Part shown: positions 10,128-19,760 of the stretch, piece by piece | Numbering within the stretch: position 1 is the first letter of the stretch | Layout: each line of letters opens with the position of its first letter | From: Chitinophagales bacterium | GTDB taxonomy: Bacteria; Bacteroidota; Bacteroidia; Chitinophagales; Chitinophagaceae | NCBI GenBank assembly: GCA_021323755.1 | Contig: JAJPKJ010000051.1 | Span: 403-64,402 of the forward strand | Direction of reading: 5' to 3' | Length of the DNA: 64,000 nucleotides | Notes under the pieces: model-generated | Databases searched by the model: none | Seen by the model: only the letters and a program-made list of their open reading frames with translations | What the model was told of the DNA's origin: nothing | Position numbers and translations under genes: made by a program

Positions 10128-10377
10128 TTATTTGTTAAAAATTTATCCGCTGCAAAATTAACTAATGACCACTGTACTTTGTTTACTATTTTCGGTTTAT
10201 AAAGTTTATTTTTGAACCCGATTTTGGATTAAGAAATTTGGCATTGTTGCTGCATATTTCAACAGCGGGTAATTCTAAGGAGGGCTTTGATTGAATAGAA
10301 TTACAATGGTTGAAGTGGAACCCAATGGCAGGCAGTCGTGACAACAAAAGTTTAAAAGAATTTCAAAAGTTGACCGA

Positions 10378-11013
10378 ATGAAGAAAGTTTTACTGTATAT
10401 CATTGTATTGTCCTCTCCGTTTGTTGCGCATGCACAATTTGATAAGTTGCGTGATTCCGTTGTTGAGGTTTATGGGTTCGTAATGACTTCCGATAGTCTT
10501 AAAGGACTACCTGGCGTTACGGTCGCTGTTAAGGGTCGAAATCAGGGAGCTTTTACCAATGATCAGGGGGTATTTTCTATTGTCTTGCTGAAGGGAGATG
10601 TCGTCGAATTTACAAGCATCGGTTATAAACCGGTGGTGATAACGATTCCGCGAAATATCCAGGGCAATCAGTACAGCATGATTCAATTAATGACCGATAC
10701 GGCAATATATCTTCAGGCAACCATCATCAAACCTAGACCGACACGAGCGCAGTTTGACCGGGATTTTATCAATACGCCCGTGCCTGATGATCAGATCGAG
10801 ATTGCCCGACAAAATACCAGTGAAGCCAAACGAAGAATTCTGGCTAGGGCGTTGCCTGCCGATGCCAGAGAGGCTGCCAATACATATTTAAGAAATAGCG
10901 CAACGCGCTACTATTACCAGGGTCAGGCTCCGCCGCAAAATATTTTTAATCCGCTTGCCTGGGCAGATTTTATACAAGCCTGGAAACGCGGCGATTTTAA
11001 AAGCAGCAACTGA
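10378..11013 (+). CDS. carboxypeptidase-regulatory-like domain protein
   Basis: Signal peptide, then VYGFVMTSDSLKGLPGVTVAVKGRNQGAFTNDQGVFSI (CarboxypepD_reg-like fold signature). Confidence 0.65.
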   Translation: MKKVLLYIIVLSSPFVAHAQFDKLRDSVVEVYGFVMTSDSLKGLPGVTVAVKGRNQGAFTNDQGVFSIVLLKGDVVEFTSIGYKPVVITIPRNIQGNQYSMIQLMTDTAIYLQATIIKPRPTRAQFDRDFINTPVPDDQIEIARQNTSEAKRRILARALPADAREAANTYLRNSATRYYYQGQAPPQNIFNPLAWADFIQAWKRGDFKSSN

Positions 11014-11117
11014 TAAATTAATATTGAGCAATGAAGAATTATGCATGATAAAACATTCATGAACCTGATAATTCTTTCTAAATTGCTTCAATCCTTCTTA
11101 CTAAATTTCTTGGTACC

Positions 11118-12023
11118 ATGATTCAACATGTTTCTGTTATAGGCGCGGGCACAATGGGAAACGGCATCGCACATGTGTTTGCGGAAAATGGTTTTTTTGT
11201 TACGCTGATCGATGTAAATAAACTACAGTTAGAAAAAGCAATTCAAACCATTGATAAGAACCTTGAGCGCCAGATCAGCAAAGGCATTATTAATGCGGAT
11301 CAAAAAAAGAAAACTTTAGAAAAGATATCTTCCCAGACCGATCTGGAAAGTGGCGTTAAGCATGCCGAATTGATAATCGAAGCGGCAACAGAAAATACAG
11401 CGCTTAAATTAAAGATCTTTGAACAGCTCAGCCAAACAGCCCCGGCAAATTGTATTCTTGCTACAAATACTTCCTCTATTTCGATCACCAAAATCGCATC
11501 CATAACTGCTCGCCCGGAACTGGTGATCGGCATGCATTTTATGAATCCGGTTCCGGTAATGAAACTGGTTGAAGTGATCAATGGGTATTCCACAAAAAAA
11601 GAGGTCACTGAGATCATTGTTGAATTATGCAAGCAGTTAAAAAAGGTCCCTTGTGTTGTCAATGATTATCCCGGGTTTATTGCCAATCGAATATTGATGC
11701 CGATGATCAATGAAGCTATTTACAGTTTGCATGAAGGGGTTGCCGGTGTGGAAGAAATTGATACCATAATGAAACTCGGTATTGCTCATCCTATGGGTCC
11801 TTTGCAACTGGCCGATTTTATCGGATTGGATGTTTGTCATTCCATTCTTCAAGTTTTGTATCATGGTTTCGGTAATCCCAAATATGCGCCTTGTCCTTTA
11901 TTGGTCAGCATGGTCGATGCAGGACACCTTGGCGTAAAAACGGGGGAAGGTTTTTACAAATATGTTGCCGACAGTAAAGACTTACTGGTGAGTGAGCGGT
12001 TTCGAAAGGGGAGGGAGTCTTGA
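11118..12023 (+). CDS. hbd: 3-hydroxybutyryl-CoA / 3-hydroxyacyl-CoA dehydrogenase
   Basis: Rossmann VSVIGAGTMGNGIAHV, HFMNPVPVMKLVE and GFIANRILMPMINEA motifs. Confidence 0.88.
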   Translation: MIQHVSVIGAGTMGNGIAHVFAENGFFVTLIDVNKLQLEKAIQTIDKNLERQISKGIINADQKKKTLEKISSQTDLESGVKHAELIIEAATENTALKLKIFEQLSQTAPANCILATNTSSISITKIASITARPELVIGMHFMNPVPVMKLVEVINGYSTKKEVTEIIVELCKQLKKVPCVVNDYPGFIANRILMPMINEAIYSLHEGVAGVEEIDTIMKLGIAHPMGPLQLADFIGLDVCHSILQVLYHGFGNPKYAPCPLLVSMVDAGHLGVKTGEGFYKYVADSKDLLVSERFRKGRES

Positions 12024-12041
12024 TTAAATAGTGTAAATAAA

Positions 12042-12068
12042 AAAGGGTTTACACAATATAAACCCTTT
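12042..12068. terminator. bidirectional stem-loop between convergent genes
   Basis: AAAGGGTTTA/TAAACCCTTT (10 bp, 7-nt loop), flanked by an A-run upstream and T's downstream. Confidence 0.6.
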
Positions 12069-12085
12069 ACTGAACCCTGTTTGTT

Positions 12086-12511
12086 TTAAGCTGTCTTTTT
12101 TCCCATTCCTTTAACCCAGCCAATGACGGCGCCGGCAATGCCAGCCAGTATTGTAAAAGCAACAATATCGGCACCCATGCCTGCACCTGTAATGGTGTTG
12201 GCGGTTGCATAAACAATAAAATCGGTAGAGGCACTGGTCAACAATCCAATCGTTGCGCCCATGCCAAATCCTGCCCCGATTGAGGCAACGCCTGCTCTTC
12301 CAAAAATATAAGCCAACAGAAATCCATAAAGAACATTTGCAACAGCGATAAGCCATAACATATATTCATTCGGGTTTTTAGCGACACCGGTGGCTGTACC
12401 TGCATGATTTTTCATAAAATCACCAAGGAGAATTCCATAAATTAAATAGCCAAGGAGAAAAAAGACTACACTTCCGGCAATGCCGGAAAGGACAAATTTG
12501 TTGGAGTTCAT
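12086..12511 (-). CDS. small multi-pass membrane protein, function unknown
   Basis: Four predicted hydrophobic, Gly/Ala-rich helices. The ORF-track start at 12517 is TTG; ATG at 12511 gives MNSNKFVLSGIAG. Confidence 0.55.
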   Translation of the reverse strand: MNSNKFVLSGIAGSVVFFLLGYLIYGILLGDFMKNHAGTATGVAKNPNEYMLWLIAVANVLYGFLLAYIFGRAGVASIGAGFGMGATIGLLTSASTDFIVYATANTITGAGMGADIVAFTILAGIAGAVIGWVKGMGKKTA

Positions 12512-12643
12512 AAACAAAAGTTTTGGTTAGAAATGACAAGCAATCCCTACTAATTTAGTAGTTTATTATCTATTATTAAAATTTAATTTCCGTACCTATA
12601 TCATTGAAGATGTGTGATAAATAGCAAAGGTCTCAAATTTTTA

Positions 12644-13684
12644 TCAGGCATGATGATAGTACTGTATGCTATCGGTATTCAATTTTTCGGAAGAAAACTT
12701 GTTGTAATGAATTAGTGTTGGAGACGATAATCCATGGTCGATCATCAATTCCTCATTGGTAATGATCCGTGCTTCATCCCACATGCCTTCATCAATAAAG
12801 GACTGCAGCAATTTGGCGCCGCCTTCAACAATTACACTCTGTAATTGCAAATGATAAAGTGCATTGACGACCTGGCGTACAATGCTCAGATCACCGGTCA
12901 GCTGGTAATAGGTGAGGTTATTTTCTTTTCCATGTCTAATCGTATTGAATATTATCGTGTGTGCCTTGCCGTTAAAGATCTTCAATGCCGGCGGTAAACT
13001 AAGATCCATGTCGATGACCAAACGAACCGGGTTTTTTCCTTTCCATAAACGAACGGTCAGTTCGGGATCATCATGCAATGCCGTATTGGTGCCGATAAGT
13101 ATGGCGGCTTCCTCGCTTCTCCATTGATGCACCAAACGATCGGTAAATTCATTACTGATAAAAACTCTGCTAAGATCAGCGTTGGCAATTCTTGCATTAT
13201 TGCTTTGCGCCCATTTTAAAATGATATAGGGACGATGTTGCAGATGAAAATTGAAAAATCGTTTATTCAGATCAATCGATTCTTTTTCCAGAATATTCAG
13301 ATCAACTGTAAGGCCGGCACTTTTAAGTTTTTCAATTCCTCTTCCATTGACTTTAACATATGGATCTCTGCAGCCGATCACCACTCTCGGGATTTTTTTT
13401 TCAATGATCAGGTCCGCACAAGGCGGCGTTTTACCATGGTGCGCGCAGGGCTCGAGCGAAACATATAAAGTGGATCGATGTATAAATGGTTTGTCTTCCT
13501 CTTTAACGGAATTGATGCAGTTCACTTCCGCATGTTCGTGTCCAAAATGTTTATGATATCCTTCGCCAATAATTTTATCATGATGTACCAGGACAGCACC
13601 TACCATTGGGTTTGGCGCAACATGACCAGCGCCCAGTCTTGCGAGTTGCAGACAACGATGCATGTATGTTTCATCAATATTCAC
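12644..13684 (-). CDS. ribD: bifunctional riboflavin biosynthesis protein RibD (deaminase/reductase)
   Basis: YMHRCLQLA...PNPMVGAV...HAEVNC...PCAHHGKTPPC zinc-deaminase motifs plus a C-terminal reductase domain. GTG start. Confidence 0.92.
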   Translation of the reverse strand: MNIDETYMHRCLQLARLGAGHVAPNPMVGAVLVHHDKIIGEGYHKHFGHEHAEVNCINSVKEEDKPFIHRSTLYVSLEPCAHHGKTPPCADLIIEKKIPRVVIGCRDPYVKVNGRGIEKLKSAGLTVDLNILEKESIDLNKRFFNFHLQHRPYIILKWAQSNNARIANADLSRVFISNEFTDRLVHQWRSEEAAILIGTNTALHDDPELTVRLWKGKNPVRLVIDMDLSLPPALKIFNGKAHTIIFNTIRHGKENNLTYYQLTGDLSIVRQVVNALYHLQLQSVIVEGGAKLLQSFIDEGMWDEARIITNEELMIDHGLSSPTLIHYNKFSSEKLNTDSIQYYHHA

Positions 13685-13718
13685 GCTGGTAATTGAATAA
13701 ATACAAATGTAATTGAAT

Positions 13719-13726
13719 TAAGTTTG
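13719..13726 (+). promoter_or_regulatory. candidate Bacteroidota -7 box (TAAGTTTG)
   Basis: Matches TAnnTTTG and ends 4 nt before the prmC ATG at 13731, which implies a very short or absent leader. Confidence 0.3.
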
Positions 13727-13730
13727 TTGC

Positions 13731-14618
13731 ATGACAATTCACGAAGCCCAGCAAAAACTTTTGTTTCAGTTGTACCATATTTATGATAACGCTGAAGCTG
13801 CTGCTATTGTGAATTTAGTTATGGAAAATATTACTGACTGGAAAAAGGTTGACAGGATATTAAATAAAAATGTCCCCTTATCGAACCCTCAACTGGAATT
13901 ATTTGAAAAATATAGCGCAGCATTAATGATGCACGAACCGGTTCAATATGTCCTGCATGAGGCCTGGTTCTGCGGAATGAAATTCTATGTTGATGAGAAC
14001 GTATTGATACCAAGACCAGAAACGGAAGAATTGGTGGATTGGATAGTACAGGAACTCAGCAGTGAACAGCGGGGAATGGGAAATAATAAACAGGATCCCC
14101 CGCTCATTATGCTTGATATCGGCACGGGCAGTGGCTCTGTTCCGATTGCTTTAAAAAAGAAATTGGATCATGCAATTATTTATTCCTGCGACATCAGCAA
14201 AAATGCGCTGCAGGTTGCAAAACAAAATGCATCATCCAATGCTGCTGATGTGCATTTTATTGATCTCGATTTTTTAAATAAAGAAGACAGATCCCAATTA
14301 CCGTCTTGCCACATCATCGTTAGCAATCCGCCTTACATTCCTTTGCTCGAAAAAAATTCCCTGGCGGAACATGTTAAAAATTTTGAACCGCACACCGCGC
14401 TTTTTGTGAACGATAATGACCCCCTGGTCTTTTACAAGGCCATTGCGGATTTTGCCGCCGAAAAATTATTACTCCCCGGCAGGATCTACGTTGAAACGCA
14501 CGAAGAGCTCGCTGGCAATGTTAAGAAATTGTTTCTTCAAAAAGGATTCGATGAGGTAACAATAAAAAAAGACATTTACGGTAAAGACAGAATGCTAAAA
14601 GCAACAATGTTGCTATAA
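13731..14618 (+). CDS. prmC: peptide chain release factor N5-glutamine methyltransferase
   Basis: VLIPRPETE, SAM-binding LDIGTGSG and the catalytic NPPY (VSNPPYIP). Confidence 0.9.
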   Translation: MTIHEAQQKLLFQLYHIYDNAEAAAIVNLVMENITDWKKVDRILNKNVPLSNPQLELFEKYSAALMMHEPVQYVLHEAWFCGMKFYVDENVLIPRPETEELVDWIVQELSSEQRGMGNNKQDPPLIMLDIGTGSGSVPIALKKKLDHAIIYSCDISKNALQVAKQNASSNAADVHFIDLDFLNKEDRSQLPSCHIIVSNPPYIPLLEKNSLAEHVKNFEPHTALFVNDNDPLVFYKAIADFAAEKLLLPGRIYVETHEELAGNVKKLFLQKGFDEVTIKKDIYGKDRMLKATMLL

Positions 14619-14646
14619 TTAATTTGCGAAAACTTGCACTCCATTT

Positions 14647-14654
14647 TATTTTTG
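14647..14654 (+). promoter_or_regulatory. candidate -7 box (TATTTTTG)
   Basis: Matches TAnnTTTG, 20 nt upstream of the ATG at 14674. Confidence 0.35.
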
Positions 14655-14673
14655 CGCAGCTTGAAAAAATAAT

Positions 14674-16029
14674 ATGCACAAAAAGATATCATTTATTTGT
14701 TTTTTGATTTTGGTGAATAAGATATCACTGGTTGCCCAGGACAATAAAATGTTCATCCAGGACTCTGCGTACAGTTGTCATTTTCAGCTAACCGTAATTG
14801 GCCAGGCGCACGCAGGTTTTAAAGCAGCTTACAGTGGTGCAAACAGTTTATCAAACCAGGCAGAATCCGGAGCCACCAGTGTCACCTCAACTTTATTTTT
14901 GGGAAGAAGATTATGGAGTGGCGCTGCAGTTTATTTTGATCCGGAAATTTCCGGTGGCGCCGGTTTAAGTTATTCGCTCGGTGTGGCTGGCGCATTGAAC
15001 GGAGAAACCTATCGGATCGGTGATCCTTCTCCAGTAGCGTCCGTGGCGCGTGCGTATATTCAACAATATATTCCCCTAAAAGACGCGGACTATGAGACCG
15101 AAGAAGATAATAAGAACATCGTGCTCAATAAAAAAGTGCCAACAAACAGGATAATCATCACGATCGGAAAATTTTCGATGTCGGATTTTTTTGACAACAA
15201 TAACTATAGTCATGATCCCCGGACCCAATTCATGAACTGGAGCCTGATGAGCAATGGAACATGGGACTATCCGGCCAATACAAAAGGGTATACCGAGGGT
15301 GTTGTTATAGAACTCAGAAAACACAAGTGGGCTTTCCGAATATCGAGTGTTGCCGTACCTGTGGTTGCTAATCATTCTGCGATGGAATATGTATTTGGTA
15401 AAGCGCATTCGGAGACTGCTGAATTTGAAAAAAATATGGTCTTTAATAAAAGGCATGGCATTTTACGACTCTTATTTAGTTATACGGCCTCACGGGCTCC
15501 GTCCTACCAGCAGGGTTTGAATGCCATCACCGATCATGATACGACCTTACTGAATATAATATCTGGTAATGCCCGAAATCCTGATTATGGTGGAAACAAG
15601 ACCGCAGTCTGTCTTAATGCTGAACAGGAACTCACAGATGATTTTGGCGTTTTTGCGAGATTGGGATGGAACGATGGAAAACACGTATCGTGGGCATTTA
15701 CTGAAATAGATCAGACGGCACAACTAGGGTTCTCAATAAAAGGAACCAAATGGAGCAGGAGCAATGATGTTCTTGGGATTGCTGGCGTTGTCAATGGCAT
15801 CTCTTCAGAGCACCGCACTTTTTTAAAAGCTGGTGGTTATGGTTTTATAATTGGTGATGGAAATTTAAATTACGGTCATGAAGCAATTTTAGAGTTGTTT
15901 TACAATGCCAGACTTTTTAATTCACTTTGGCTCAGTGTTGATTATCAGCTTGTGGAAAATCCTGGATATAATAAAGACAGAGCAGGACCTGTTAATGTGT
16001 TTGGATTGCGAACTCATATTGAATTTTAA
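14674..16029 (+). CDS. outer-membrane porin (carbohydrate-selective OprB-like)
   Basis: Signal peptide, beta-strand-rich sequence and C-terminal ...FGLRTHIEF. Resembles the OprB-type porin family (from memory). Confidence 0.6.
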   Translation: MHKKISFICFLILVNKISLVAQDNKMFIQDSAYSCHFQLTVIGQAHAGFKAAYSGANSLSNQAESGATSVTSTLFLGRRLWSGAAVYFDPEISGGAGLSYSLGVAGALNGETYRIGDPSPVASVARAYIQQYIPLKDADYETEEDNKNIVLNKKVPTNRIIITIGKFSMSDFFDNNNYSHDPRTQFMNWSLMSNGTWDYPANTKGYTEGVVIELRKHKWAFRISSVAVPVVANHSAMEYVFGKAHSETAEFEKNMVFNKRHGILRLLFSYTASRAPSYQQGLNAITDHDTTLLNIISGNARNPDYGGNKTAVCLNAEQELTDDFGVFARLGWNDGKHVSWAFTEIDQTAQLGFSIKGTKWSRSNDVLGIAGVVNGISSEHRTFLKAGGYGFIIGDGNLNYGHEAILELFYNARLFNSLWLSVDYQLVENPGYNKDRAGPVNVFGLRTHIEF

Positions 16030-16073
16030 TTAGCAGTGTTATTTCCAAAATATTAAATTTCAAATCACAAGTA

Positions 16074-16478
16074 TTATTTCACCCCGTTTTTATCTACAGC
16101 CAAAACACTTTTTGCCCCGAGGTCGCGGGCAATGCGCATTACAGCCACGACGTCTTCAACCGGAACAGATTTGTCCGCATTAATTACGATCGAAGGCTGA
16201 TCAGGTTCCTTGGCCAGAAATGGTTGAAGCTTCGCTTTGAGTTCGTCGAGTGAAACTTTATTTGTACCAACGTAAAACTGTTTGTTGGCATCGATGGAAA
16301 CGACAACCGTTTGTTTTGATTTGGTGTCGCTTTTTGATTTGGGTTGAGAAAGTTTTATTACGTTCGGATTTGCCAGCGTAGAGACGATCAAAAAGAATAA
16401 TAATAATATAAAAAGAATGTCATTCAGTGGGCCTGTGTGCACTTCCCCTTCATCCTTATGTCTTTTTCTTAGATTCAT
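16074..16478 (-). CDS. exbD: biopolymer transporter ExbD/TolR
   Basis: 134 aa, N-terminal TM LNDILFILLLFFLIVS, periplasmic domain ending ...VVAVMRIARDLGA. Confidence 0.88.
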   Translation of the reverse strand: MNLRKRHKDEGEVHTGPLNDILFILLLFFLIVSTLANPNVIKLSQPKSKSDTKSKQTVVVSIDANKQFYVGTNKVSLDELKAKLQPFLAKEPDQPSIVINADKSVPVEDVVAVMRIARDLGAKSVLAVDKNGVK

Positions 16479-16581
16479 TTTTGTATCAGGAATTTTTTCG
16501 GACTATACGAATTAAATTTCAATATCTCGACCTCGCCAAATCCGTTACGCCACGCATCTGATTTTTCCGATCAGATTCAGA

Positions 16582-17286
16582 TCATCTCGTTGGTTCCTGC
16601 AAAATATCCACAAACTCAGCGCTTGCCGCCTCCATTTTGTTTGTTGTTTTATCAATTTGCGAATTGAGATAACGGTAACCCACATACGCGATGATGCCGA
16701 TGATCAATCCGGAAGCTGAGGAGATCATTTTTACGTAAATACCCCCGGCGATATTGGCAATGCTATATTCTCCAGTTGATGCGATGCTATAGAATAACTG
16801 GAACATCCCGATGATCGTTCCCAGGAATCCGAATAATGGTGCGATATAACCGATGACCGAAAGAATGGACACGTTTCGTTCCATTTTATATAATTCGAGT
16901 TTGCCCACATTTTCCATACTCCGTTCGATGGCATCAATGGGTTTTCCAATACGCTGAATACCCTTGTCAATCATTCGCGCAACAGCATTATTAGTATTTT
17001 TTGCCAAACTTCTTGCTGCACTAACATTTCCGGTAATGATGTGATCGCGGATGATGCTCATGAAGTTATCATCAACTTTTGATGCTTTATTGATTGCCAT
17101 TAATCTTTCAATGAAAAAGAAGATGGCAACTACCAATAGTAAGGCCAGCGGAATCATCAACGGCCCCCCGCGATGAAAAATATCCCACAAACTTTCTTCT
17201 TTTGGCGCTGTTGCTTGTGCAGCTAAAGCAAGACTGTCTTTTATTTTTGAAGAATCGACGGTGATCTGCAGAAAAAATAAGTTCAT
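16582..17286 (-). CDS. exbB: MotA/TolQ/ExbB proton-channel protein
   Basis: 234 aa, three TM segments, conserved IAPLFGFLGTIIGM motif. Confidence 0.88.
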   Translation of the reverse strand: MNLFFLQITVDSSKIKDSLALAAQATAPKEESLWDIFHRGGPLMIPLALLLVVAIFFFIERLMAINKASKVDDNFMSIIRDHIITGNVSAARSLAKNTNNAVARMIDKGIQRIGKPIDAIERSMENVGKLELYKMERNVSILSVIGYIAPLFGFLGTIIGMFQLFYSIASTGEYSIANIAGGIYVKMISSASGLIIGIIAYVGYRYLNSQIDKTTNKMEAASAEFVDILQEPTR

Positions 17287-17426
17287 CCAGAAGAGTTTAA
17301 TTAAGTAAAGTAAAGATATTGAGTAATAACGGCTGATGCACGCATCTATTTTTTAACAAAATGCTAAAGTGTGTGGAAACATTGATTTTACTGTAGAATA
17401 AGAAGAGGAAAAACAAGCAGGGATTC

Positions 17427-18479
17427 TTATTTGTATTCGATCTTCCGGATCTTGTTGATACCATTATCTGCCACATAAACAATCCCATTTTTCCCCACTG
17501 CAATTCCTGCTGGTTGATAAAAAGTTGCCCTGCTGCTATCTCCGTCTTGTTCAAGGCCGGTTCCCAATTCGCCCAAAATAGTAGCAGCCGTTCCGCCGGG
17601 AGTTATTTTTAGTATCGCATTTCTTCCGGCATCTACAACCCATAAATTACCGGAAGGATCGGTTGCCATTCCGAGTATATTGTCAAATTGAATGGTATTG
17701 GCAAATAAAGTGGCATTGCCTTGCGGATCAATTTTTTTAATCTTCTGATTGTAATCGGTCGTCATATATAAATTGCCTGAAGGATCTGCTGCAATGGCAT
17801 ACAGATAAAAATTACTTGTTGTCGGATCTCCTGAATATCCGGAACTGTCATTCAGGGCAAGGGTCGATACCTCGCCGGTTGGAGTTATTTTGCGTATCTG
17901 CGCATGATAGTTTTTATCATAATCCGGAAGAAAAAGATTTCCGTGCGCATCAATGGTCATATTGGCGATCATATTGAATGCCGCGCTGGTGCCCTGCGCG
18001 TCAATATAATCAACACTCATGCTCCCGGCGAAATCTAAAATATTCGTTGGAGAACTGATTCTTGCAACCAGATCATACTCGACAATGAACAGGTTGTTCT
18101 GCTCGTCGAAAGCCATTCCATAAATATTTCCCCAGCCAAATCCTGGATTTGCTATTGTTTTTCCCGCATAGGTTGAGACAATTCCTGAACTGTCAATTTT
18201 TCTGATGGCATAATTATTCACGTCTCCAACGTAAACATTTCCCAAATCATCAACCGCTATGCATTGCGGTCTGTTAAATTGGGCAAATGGTCCAATACTG
18301 TCAACAAAGCCAGCGTGTCCTGTACCTGCCAGCGTACTTACAATCCATGTTTTTGTGGTGTCTTGAAGGATAGGTTTTGGAGGGGCGCTGTTTTTAGAAC
18401 AGGAAGAAAATAAGAATGGCAAAATGGCCGTACACCCGATGAAATAAGACAGCCTTTGCGTGATTTTGGAGGATGACAT
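17427..18479 (-). CDS. NHL-repeat beta-propeller lipoprotein
   Basis: ATG at 18479 gives MSSSKITQRLSYFIGCTAILPFLFSSC (lipobox). Repeated P.GIAVD..GN.YV.D motifs. The ORF-track start at 18536 lies upstream of the terminator. Confidence 0.7.
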   Translation of the reverse strand: MSSSKITQRLSYFIGCTAILPFLFSSCSKNSAPPKPILQDTTKTWIVSTLAGTGHAGFVDSIGPFAQFNRPQCIAVDDLGNVYVGDVNNYAIRKIDSSGIVSTYAGKTIANPGFGWGNIYGMAFDEQNNLFIVEYDLVARISSPTNILDFAGSMSVDYIDAQGTSAAFNMIANMTIDAHGNLFLPDYDKNYHAQIRKITPTGEVSTLALNDSSGYSGDPTTSNFYLYAIAADPSGNLYMTTDYNQKIKKIDPQGNATLFANTIQFDNILGMATDPSGNLWVVDAGRNAILKITPGGTAATILGELGTGLEQDGDSSRATFYQPAGIAVGKNGIVYVADNGINKIRKIEYK

Positions 18480-18501
18480 AAAATTTTTGGGTTGCCTGAT
18501 T

Positions 18502-18544
18502 AAAAATAAAAATAAAAATGAGAAAGTAAAAGTCACTTTCTCAT
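18502..18544 (-). terminator. rho-independent terminator after the SPFH gene
   Basis: 10-bp stem ATGAGAAAGT/ACTTTCTCAT with a 7-nt loop. On the minus strand it is followed by TTTTATTTTTATTTTT. Confidence 0.75.
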
Positions 18545-18574
18545 TTTTAATTAATTATTTCTTTTGCCCCATTC

Positions 18575-19501
18575 TTATTGTGAATCCTGTTTGAGCATCA
18601 GGGCCTGAATTTGTTTCATCGTGGCTTCCATGCCTTGTGCGCTACCGTCAAGAAATATTACATTCCCTTTTCCCACCTCTGCAAAATTTTTCAATGCTTC
18701 GGTCCACATGCTAAATAATATTACGTTGGTATCCAGATTTGCTTTTTTCATTTGCTCCGCAGCTTCGCTCATGCCTTTTGCCACTTCTTCACGGAATAAC
18801 GCAACACCTTGTCCGCGCAGGCGTGCTGCCTCCTTCTCGGCTTCTGCAGAAATTCTAATGGCATTGCCTTCGGCTTCAGCGCCCTTTGTCTTGGTGATCA
18901 ATAAGGCCTGCCCTTCGTTTTCCGCAGCCGCTTTTAAATTATTGCTCGCAACAACTTTGCTCATCGAGTCCATGATCACTTTGTCAAAAGTGATGTCATT
19001 GATCTGAAGATCCAGCAAATGGTATCCCCATTCTTCCAGTGAATGATCGATCTGGTCTTTTACAAATTCAACGATATCTTTTCTTAATCCCAGGATCTCC
19101 GCCTGTTTTTTTGTTGCCACAAATGCGCGAATACTCCCTTCGATGGTCCTGGTGAGTGCCTGCATCAGATCCTTATCACTGATGAATTTGAACGCAACTT
19201 TTTTTATTGTTTCTTCATCGGCATTTTGAACTGCATATAGCAGCATACTTTTAAAATACACATTGGCCTGATCTACAGTAACGGCTTGGAATTCGAGCTC
19301 AACAGAACGATTTTGAATACTAATGCGTTTGGAAACCTGTTCAAGCCAGGGAATTTTGAAATTCAAACCAGGCAACATAATGCGCCGGTATTTTCCAAAC
19401 ATCGTGATCACGTTAACGTAACCTTGCGTTACGGTCACAAACCCGCTGAACAAAAGAAGGACGATCACAATGATCCACCAATAATTAACCAACTGGTCCA
19501 T
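18575..19501 (-). CDS. SPFH/band-7 (prohibitin-like) membrane protein
   Basis: N-terminal TM, SPFH core (VNVITMFGKYRRIMLPGLNFKIPW...) and an Ala/Glu-rich coiled-coil tail. Confidence 0.88.
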   Translation of the reverse strand: MDQLVNYWWIIVIVLLLFSGFVTVTQGYVNVITMFGKYRRIMLPGLNFKIPWLEQVSKRISIQNRSVELEFQAVTVDQANVYFKSMLLYAVQNADEETIKKVAFKFISDKDLMQALTRTIEGSIRAFVATKKQAEILGLRKDIVEFVKDQIDHSLEEWGYHLLDLQINDITFDKVIMDSMSKVVASNNLKAAAENEGQALLITKTKGAEAEGNAIRISAEAEKEAARLRGQGVALFREEVAKGMSEAAEQMKKANLDTNVILFSMWTEALKNFAEVGKGNVIFLDGSAQGMEATMKQIQALMLKQDSQ

Positions 19502-19760
19502 GCATTTAAAATTTAGACAATGAAAGTAGTACTTTTTAATTATTCCATTTCAAAATGACTCAATTGTGCTCTTGCGTAATTTTCAAAGTGGCTCGTTTCT
19601 TTTTTTTGTTCCCAGCATCACCATAATCCTGGCGTGACAGTCCGTTGATCGGTTTTGCTGCTGTGAGCACCTTACTATTTTCGGGTATACATAAATGTTA
19701 GTGCGTAACATCCATTCTTTATTATCCATTATCAATTAATTTGTTCGTAAATTTATCTCA

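Noticed and set aside
16556-16576. Hairpin ATCTGAT-ttttccg-ATCAGAT directly after the exbB stop, in the 103-bp exbB-exbD spacer
   Set aside because: It is a 7-bp A/T-rich stem with no U-tract on the coding (minus) strand. It is most simply an intra-operon stem-loop of little consequence, and nothing distinguishes it.
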